The notes under the pieces are model-generated. The model saw only the letters and a program-made list of their open reading frames with translations, was not told the DNA's origin and did no database searches. A stretch of DNA of 64,000 nucleotides from Eledone cirrhosa (lineage: Eukaryota), in contig OZ024740.1 of assembly GCA_964016885.1 (NCBI GenBank), forward strand, positions 251,658,001-251,722,000, read 5' to 3'. The position numbers were made by a program, and so were the translations under genes. Below, piece by piece: positions 55,501 through 64,000 of the stretch (positions are counted from its first letter, which is position 1; each line of letters begins with the position of its first letter).

Positions 55501-58433
55501 TGGAAATTATCTCCCCTTGATTTTTTTTACAAATTATCTCCCCCTGATTTTTTTTTACAAATTATCTCCCCCTGATTTTTTTTACAAATTATCTACCCCT
55601 GATTTTTTTTACAAATTATCTCCCCCTGATTTTTTTTTACAAATTATCTCCCTCTGATTTTTTTTTACAAATTATCTCCCCCTGATTTTTTTTTTACAAA
55701 TTATCTCCCCCTGATTTTTTTACAAATTATCTCCCCCTGATTTTTTTTACAATCTCCGCCTGATTTTTTAAAAAATTATCTTCCCTTGGCTGGCGGGAAA
55801 TTATCTCCCCTTGGACGGCTGGAAATTATCTCCCCTTGGACGGCTAGAAATTATCTCTCTTTGGACGGCTGCAAATTATCTCCCCTTGATTTTTTTTACA
55901 AATTATCTCCCCCTGATTTTTTTACAAATTATCCCCGCATGATTTTTAAAAAAAAAATTATCTCCCCTTCGCTGGCTGGAAATTATCTCCCCTTGGACGC
56001 TGGAAATTATAGCCCCTTGGAGGGCTGGAAATTATCTTCCCTTGGACGGCTGGAAATTATCTCCCCTTGATTTTTTTTACAAATTATCTCCCCCTGATTT
56101 TTTTTTACAAATTATCTCCCCCTGATTTTTTTTTACAAATTATCTCCCCCTGATTTTTTTTTTTACAAATTATCTCCGCCTGATTTTTAAAAAAAAATTA
56201 TCTCCCCTTGGACGGCTGGAAATTATCTCCCCTTGGACGGCTGGAAATTATCTCCCCTTGGACGGCTAGAAATTACCTCTCCTTGGACGGCTGAAAATTA
56301 TCTCCCCTTGGACGGCTGCAAATTATCTCCCCTTGATTTTTTTTACAAATTATCTCCCCCTGATTTTTTTTACAAATTATCTCCCCCTGATTTTTTTTAC
56401 AAATTATCTCCCCCTGATTTTTTTTTACAAATTATCTCCCCCTGATTTTTTTTTACAAATTATCTCCCCCTGATTTTTTTTACAAATTATCTCCCCCTGA
56501 TTTTTTTTACAAATTATCTCCCCCTGATTTTTTTTTACAAATTATCTCCCCTTGATTTTTTTTTACAAATTATCTCCCCCTGATTTTTTTTTTACAAATT
56601 ATCTCCCCCTGATTTTTTTACAAATTATCTCCCCCTGATTTTTTTTACAAATTATCTCCCCCTGATTTTTTTTACAAATTATCTCCCCTTGATTTTTTTC
56701 TACAAATTATCTCCCCCTGATTTTTTTTTTACAAATTATCTCCCCCTGATTTTTTTAAAAATTATCTTCCCTTGGCTGGCGGGAAATTATCTCCCCTTGG
56801 ACGGCTGGAAATTATCTCCCCTTGGAAGGATGTAAATTATCTCCCCTTGGACGGCTGGAAATTATCTCCCCTTGCACGGCTGGAAATTATCTCCCCTTGA
56901 TTTTTTTTACAAATTATCTCCCCCTGATTTTTTTTTACAAATTATCTCCCCCTGATTTTTTTTTACAAATTATCTCCCCCTGATTTTTTTTACAAATTAT
57001 CTCCCCCTGATTTAAAAAAAAAAAATTATCTCCCCTTCGCTGGCTGGAAATTATCTCCCCTTGGACGCTGGAAATTATAGCCCCTTGGAGGGCTGGAAAT
57101 TATCTTCCCTTGGACGGCTGGAAATTATCTTCCCTTGGACGGCTGGAAATTATCTCCCCTTGATTTTTTTTACAAATTATCTCCCCCTGATTTTTTTTTA
57201 CAAATTATCTCCCCCTGATTTTTTTTACAAATTATCTCCCCCTGATTTTTTTTACAATCTCCGCCTGATTTTTTAAAAAATTATCTTCCCTTGGCTGGCG
57301 GGAAATTATCTCCCCTTGGACGGCTGGAAATTATCTCCCCTTGGACGGCTAGAAATTATCTCTCTTTGGACGGCTGGAAATTATCTCCCCTTGATTTTTT
57401 TTACAAATTATCTCCCCCTGATTTTTTTTACAAATTATCCCCGCATGATTTTTAAAAAAAAAATTATCTCCCCTTCGCTGGCTGGAAATTATCTCCCCTT
57501 GGACGCTGGAAATTATAGCCCCTTGGAGGGCTGGAAATTATCTTCCCTTGGACGGCTGGAAATTATCTCCCCTTAATTTTTTTTACAAATTATCTCCCCC
57601 TGATTTTTTTTTACAAATTATCTCCCCCTGATTTTTTTTTACAAATTATATCCCCCTGATTTTTTTTTTTACAAATTATCTCCGCCTGATTTTTAAAAAA
57701 AAATTATCTCCCCTTGGACGGCTGGAAATTATCTCCCCTTGGACGGCTGGAAATTATCTCCCCTTGGACGGCTAGAAATTACCTCTCCTTGGACGGCTGA
57801 AAATTATCTCCCCTTGGACGGCTGCAAATTATCTCCCCTTGATTTTTTTTACAAATTATCTCCCCCTGATTTTTTTTACAAATTATCTCCCCCTGATTTT
57901 TTTTACAAATTATCTCCCCCTGATTTTTTTTTACAAATTATCTCCCCCTGATTTTTTTTTACAAATTATCTCCCCCTGATTTTTTTTACAAATTATCTCC
58001 CCCTGATTTTTTTTACAAATTATCTCCCCCTGATTTTTTTTTACAAATTATCTCCCCTTGATTTTTTTTTACAAATTATCTGCCCCTGATTTTTTTTTTA
58101 CAAATTATCTCCCCCTGATTTTTTTACAAATTATCTCCCCCTGATTTTTTTTACAAATTATCTCCCCCTGATTTTTTTTACAAATTATCTCCCCTTGATT
58201 TTTTTTTACAAATTATCTCCCCTTGATTTTTTTTTACAAATTATCTCCCCCTGATTTTTTTTTTACAAATTATCTCCCCCTGATTTTTTTAAAAATTATC
58301 TTCCCTTGGCTGGCGGGAAATTATCTCCCCTTGGACGGCTGGAAATTATCTCCCCTTGGAAGGATGTAAATTATCTCCCCTTGGACGGCTGGAAATTATC
58401 TCCCCTTGCACGGCTGGAAATTATCTCCCCTTG
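52491..58433 (+). repeat. Tandem duplication with offset 3013 bp (52491-55420 repeated at 55504-58433)
   Basis: Constant ORF offset 3013 (52773/55786, 53220/56233, 54048/57061, 54726/57739). Confidence 0.9.
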
Positions 58434-61400
58434 ATTTTTTTTACAAATTATCTCCCCCTGATTTTTTTTTACAAATTATCTCCCCCTGATTTTTTTTTAC
58501 AAATTATCTCCCCCTGATTTTTTTTACAAATTATCTCCCCCTGATTTTTTAAAAAAAAATTATCTCCCCTTCGCTGGCTGGAAATTATCTCCCCTTGGAC
58601 GCTGGAAATTATAGCCCCTTGGAGGGCTGGAAATTATCTTCCCTTGGACGGCTGGAAATTATCTTCCCTTGGACGGCTGGAAATTATCTCCCCTTGATTT
58701 TTTTTACAAATTATCTCCCCCTGATTTTTTTTTACAAATTATCTCCCCCTGATTTTTTTTACAAATTATCTACCCCTGATTTTTTTTACAAATTATCTCC
58801 CCCTGATTTTTTTTTACAAATTATCTCCCTCTGATTTTTTTTTACAAATTATCTCCCCCTGATTTTTTTTTTACAAATTATCTCCCCCTGATTTTTTTAC
58901 AAATTATCTCCCCCTGATTTTTTTTACAATCTCCGCCTGATTTTTTAAAAAATTATCTCCCCTTCGCTGGCTGGAAATTATCTCCCCTTGGACGCTGGAA
59001 ATTATAGCCCCTTGGAGGGCTGGAAATTATCTTCCCTTGGACGGCTGGAAATTATCTCCCCTTGATTTTTTTTACAAATTATCTCCCCCTGATTTTTTTT
59101 TACAAATTATCTCCCCCTGATTTTTTTTTACAAATTATCTCCCCCTGATTTTTTTTTTTACAAATTATCTCCGCCTGATTTTTAAAAAAAAATTATCTCC
59201 CCTTGGACGGCTGGAAATTATCTCCCCTTGGACGGCTGGAAATTATCTCCCCTTGGACGGCTAGAAATTACCTCTCCTTGGACGGCTGAAAATTATCTCC
59301 CCTTGGACGGCTGCAAATTATCTCCCCTTGATTTTTTTTACAAATTATCTCCCCCTGATTTCTTTTACAAATTATCTCCCCCTGATTTTTTTTACAAATT
59401 ATCTCCCCCTGATTTTTTTTTACAAATTATCTCCCCCTGATTTTTTTTTACAAATTATCTCCCCCTGATTTTTTTTACAAATTATCTCCCCCTGATTTTT
59501 TTTACAAATTATCTCCCCCTGATTTTTTTTTACAAATTATCTCCCCTTGATTTTTTTTTACAAATTATCTCCCCCTGATTTTTTTTTTACAAATTATCTC
59601 CCCCTGATTTTTTTACAAATTATCTCCCCCTGATTTTTTTTACAAATTATCTCCCCCTGATTTTTTTTACAAATTATCTCCCCTTGATTTTTTTTTACAA
59701 ATTATCTCCCCCTGATTTTTTTTTTACAAATTATCTCCCCCTGATTTTTTTAAAAATTATCTTCCCTTGGCTGGCGGGAAATTATCTCCCCTTGGACGGC
59801 TGGAAATTATCTCCCCTTGGAAGGATGTAAATTATCTCCCCTTGGACGGCTGGAAATTATCTCCCCTTGCACGGCTGGAAATTATCTCCCCTTGATTTTT
59901 TTTACAAATTATCTCCCCCTGATTTTTTTTTACAAATTATCTCCCCCTGATTTTTTTTTACAAATTATCTCCCCCTGATTTTTTTTACAAATTATCTCCC
60001 CCTGATTTAAAAAAAAAAAATTATCTCCCCTTCGCTGGCTGGAAATTATCTCCCCTTGGACGCTGGAAATTATAGCCCCTTGGAGGGCTGGAAATTATCT
60101 TCCCTTGGACGGCTGGAAATTATCTTCCCTTGGACGGCTGGAAATTATCTCCCCTTGATTTTTTTTACAAATTATCTCCCCCTGATTTTTTTTTACAAAT
60201 TATCTCCCCCTGATTTTTTTTTACAAATTATCTCCCCCTGATTTTTTTTTTACAAATTATCTCCGCTTGATTTTTTAAAAAAAATTATCTCCCCTTGGAC
60301 GGTTGGAAATTATCTCCCCTTGGACGGCTAGAAATTATCTCTCCTTGGACGGCTGAAAATTATCTCCCCTTGGACGGCTGCAAATTATCTCCCCTTGATT
60401 TTTTTTACAAATTATCTCCCCCTGATTTTTTTTTACAAATTATCTCCCCCTGATTTTTTTTTACAAATTATCTCCCCTTGATTTTTTTTTACAAATTATC
60501 TCCCCCTGATTTTTTTTTTACAAATTATCTCCCCCTGATTTTTTTACAAATTATCTCCCCCTGATTTTTTTTACAAATTATCTCCCCCTGATTTTTTTTA
60601 CAAATTATCTCCCCTTGATTTTTTTTCACAAATTATCTCCCCCTGATTTTTTTTTTACAAATTATCTCCCCCTGATTTTTTTAAAAATTATCTTCCCTAG
60701 GCTGGCGGGAAATTATCTCCCCTTGGACGGCTGGAAATTATCTCCCCTTGGAAGGATGTAAATTATCTCCCCTTGGACGGCTGGAAATTATCTCCCCTTG
60801 CACGGCTGGAAATTATCTCCCCTTGATTTTTTTTACAAATTATCTCCCCCTGATTTTTTTTTACAAATTATCTCCCCCTGATTTTTTTTTACAAATTATC
60901 TCCCCCTGATTTTTTTTACAAATTATCTCCCCCTGATTTTAAAAAAAAAAATTATCTCCCGTTCGCTGGCTGGAAATTATCTCCCCTTGGACGCTGGAAA
61001 TTATAGCCCCTTGGAGGGCTGGAAATTATCTTCCCTTGGACGGCTGGAAATTATCTTCCCTTGGACGGCTGGAAATTATCTCCCCTTGATTTTTTTTTCC
61101 AAATTATCTCCCCCTGATTTTTTTTTACAAATTATCTCCCCCTGATTTTTTTTTTACAAATTATCTCCGCTTGATTTTTTAAAAAAATTATCTCCCCTTG
61201 GACGGCTGGAAATTATCTCCCCTTGGACGGCTGGAAATTATCTCCCCTTGGACGGCTAGAAATTATCTCTCCTTGGACGGCTGAAAATTATCTCCCCTTG
61301 GACGGCTGCAAATTATCTCCCCTTTATTTTTTTTACAAATTATCTCCCCCTGATTTTTTTTTACAAATTATCTCCCCCTCATTTTTTTACAAATTATCTA

Positions 61401-64000
61401 CCCCTGATTTTTTTTACAAATTATCTCCCCCTGATTTTTTTTTACAAATTATCTCCCTCTGATTTTTTTTACAAATTATCTCCCCCTGATTTTTTTTTTA
61501 CAAATTATCTCCCCCTGATTTTTTTAAAAATTATCTCCCCCTGATTTTTTTACAATCTCCGCCTGATTTTTTTAAAAATTATCTTCCCTTGGCTGGCGGG
61601 AAATTATCTCCCCTTGGACGGCTGGAAATTATAGCCCCTTGGAGGGCTGGAAATTATCTTCCCTTGGACGGCTGGAAATTATCTTCCCTTGGACGGCTGG
61701 AAATTATCTCCCCTTGATTTTTTTTACAAATTATCTCCCCCTGATTTTTTTTTACAAATTATCTCCCCCTGATTTTTTTTACAAATTATCTACCCCTGAT
61801 TTTTTTTACAAATTATCTCCCCCTGATTTTTTTTTACAAATTATCTCCCTCTGATTTTTTTTTACAAATTATCTCCCCCTGATTTTTTTTTTACAAATTA
61901 TCTCCCCCTGATTTTTTTACAAATTATCTCCCCCTGATTTTTTTTACAATCTCCGCCTGATTTTTTAAAAAATTATCTTCCCTTGGCTGGCGGGAAATTA
62001 TCTCCCCTTGGACGGCTGGAAATTATCTCCCCTTGGACGGCTAGAAATTATCTCTCTTTGGACGGCTGCAAATTATCTCCCCTTGATTTTTTTTACAAAT
62101 TATCTCCCCCTGATTTTTTTACAAATTATCCCCGCATGATTTTTAAAAAAAAAATTATCTCCCCTTCGCTGGCTGGAAATTATCTCCCCTTGGACGCTGG
62201 AAATTATAGCCCCTTGGAGGGCTGGAAATTATCTTCCCTTGGACGGCTGGAAATTATCTCCCCTTGATTTTTTTTACAAATTATCTCCCCCTGATTTTTT
62301 TTTACAAATTATCTCCCCCTGATTTTTTTTTACAAATTATCTCCCCCTGATTTTTTTTTTTACAAATTATCTCCGCCTGATTTTTAAAAAAAAATTATCT
62401 CCCCTTGGACGGCTGGAAATTATCTCCCCTTGGACGGCTGGAAATTATCTCCCCTTGGACGGCTAGAAATTACCTCTCCTTGGACGGCTGAAAATTATCT
62501 CCCCTTGGACGGCTGCAAATTATCTCCCCTTGATTTTTTTTACAAATTATCTCCCCCTGATTTTTTTTACAAATTATCTCCCCCTGATTTTTTTTACAAA
62601 TTATCTCCCCCTGATTTTTTTTTACAAATTATCTCCCCCTGATTTTTTTTTACAAATTATCTCCCCCTGATTTTTTTTACAAATTATCTCCCCCTGATTT
62701 TTTTTACAAATTATCTCCCCCTGATTTTTTTTTACAAATTATCTCCCCTTGATTTTTTTTTACAAATTATCTCCCCCTGATTTTTTTTTTACAAATTATC
62801 TCCCCCTGATTTTTTTACAAATTATCTCCCCCTGATTTTTTTTACAAATTATCTCCCCCTGATTTTTTTTACAAATTATCTCCCCTTGATTTTTTTCTAC
62901 AAATTATCTCCCCCTGATTTTTTTTTTACAAATTATCTCCCCCTGATTTTTTTAAAAATTATCTTCCCTTGGCTGGCGGGAAATTATCTCCCCTTGGACG
63001 GCTGGAAATTATCTCCCCTTGGAAGGATGTAAATTATCTCCCCTTGGACGGCTGGAAATTATCTCCCCTTGCACGGCTGGAAATTATCTCCCCTTGATTT
63101 TTTTTACAAATTATCTCCCCCTGATTTTTTTTTACAAATTATCTCCCCCTGATTTTTTTTTACAAATTATCTCCCCCTGATTTTTTTTACAAATTATCTC
63201 CCCCTGATTTAAAAAAAAAAAATTATCTCCCCTTCGCTGGCTGGAAATTATCTCCCCTTGGACGCTGGAAATTATAGCCCCTTGGAGGGCTGGAAATTAT
63301 CTTCCCTTGGACGGCTGGAAATTATCTTCCCTTGGACGGCTGGAAATTATCTCCCCTTGATTTTTTTTACAAATTATCTCCCCCTGATTTTTTTTTACAA
63401 ATTATCTCCCCCTGATTTTTTTTACAAATTATCTCCCCCTGATTTTTTTTACAATCTCCGCCTGATTTTTTAAAAAATTATCTTCCCTTGGCTGGCGGGA
63501 AATTATCTCCCCTTGGACGGCTGGAAATTATCTCCCCTTGGACGGCTAGAAATTATCTCTCTTTGGACGGCTGGAAATTATCTCCCCTTGATTTTTTTTA
63601 CAAATTATCTCCCCCTGATTTTTTTTACAAATTATCCCCGCATGATTTTTAAAAAAAAAATTATCTCCCCTTCGCTGGCTGGAAATTATCTCCCCTTGGA
63701 CGCTGGAAATTATAGCCCCTTGGAGGGCTGGAAATTATCTTCCCTTGGACGGCTGGAAATTATCTCCCCTTAATTTTTTTTACAAATTATCTCCCCCTGA
63801 TTTTTTTTTACAAATTATCTCCCCCTGATTTTTTTTTACAAATTATATCCCCCTGATTTTTTTTTTTACAAATTATCTCCGCCTGATTTTTAAAAAAAAA
63901 TTATCTCCCCTTGGACGGCTGGAAATTATCTCCCCTTGGACGGCTGGAAATTATCTCCCCTTGGACGGCTAGAAATTACCTCTCCTTGGACGGCTGAAAA
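55424..64000 (+). repeat. Tandem duplication with a 6197-bp unit (55424-61620 restarts at 61621 and runs off the window end)
   Basis: ORF offset 6197 (55786/61983, 56233/62430, 57061/63258, 57316/63513). ATAGCCCC occurs at 55434 and 61631. Confidence 0.9.
56530..61630 (+). repeat. About 5.1-kb near-identical copy of window 1-5,100 (offset 56529)
   Basis: Constant ORF offset 56529 (532/57061, 1210/57739, 2066/58595, 3527/60056, 4694/61223). Confidence 0.93.

Larger units (their letters stand above)
1..64000 (+). repeat. Composite two-monomer satellite DNA array (27-bp type A and 25-bp type B monomers, head-to-tail, single orientation); continues past both window edges
   Basis: The core AAATTATCTCCCC(C/T)TG or a close variant recurs about every 21-30 bp from base 10 to the end. 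I saw no intervening unique sequence and no reverse-complement (GGGGAGATAATTT) copies on the + strand. Confidence 0.99.

Noticed and set aside
532-63773. All listed ORFs (60-206 aa; YKLSPPDFF, TNYLPLIFF, GWKLSPL and LEIISPW repeats)
   Set aside because: They are translations of the 27-bp (9-codon) and 25-bp monomers. They mostly start at TTG inside the core, overlap in all three frames, and open or close with T-run length. There is no domain-like content or frame preservation.
1-64000. CRISPR-like pattern of constant repeat plus variable spacer
   Set aside because: The core is only 16 bp, the 'spacers' are about 5-14 bp and fall into two recurring families rather than being unique. No cas genes or leader are present.
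1-64000. G-quadruplex array on the minus strand
   Set aside because: G4-5 runs are separated by loops of about 21-25 nt, far longer than canonical G4 loops. Not supportable without experiment.
1-64000. Sequencing artefact or homopolymer noise as the origin of the variation
   Set aside because: T-run series and rare substitutions recur in the same order in copies tens of kb apart, which random error would not produce. The copy number of the near-identical duplications still needs read validation.

Overview
The whole 64 kb window is one uninterrupted, unidirectional satellite array. I found no unique sequence, real gene, RNA gene or mobile element. It is built from two short monomer families that share a 16-bp core, AAATTATCTCCCC(C/T)TG. 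Type A is core + A + T(7-11) + AC (26-30 bp, modal 27 bp, AT-rich, CpG-free consensus). Type B is core + GACGGCTGG (25 bp, GC-richer, CpG-bearing). There are roughly 2,400 monomers, estimated from length. Runs of A alternate with a small vocabulary of stereotyped B-variant 'words', with specific junction monomers between them. These units are nested into higher-order duplications at about 137 bp, 0.93, 1.5, 2.1, 3.0, 3.8, 6.2, 20, 27.7 and 56.5 kb. All listed ORFs are translations of the repeat and are rejected as genes. The architecture best fits eukaryotic heterochromatic (centromeric, pericentromeric or subtelomeric) satellite DNA, but organism and function cannot be determined from the sequence alone. 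Duplication offsets were read by hand from matching ORF coordinates and marker variants, so breakpoints are approximate.
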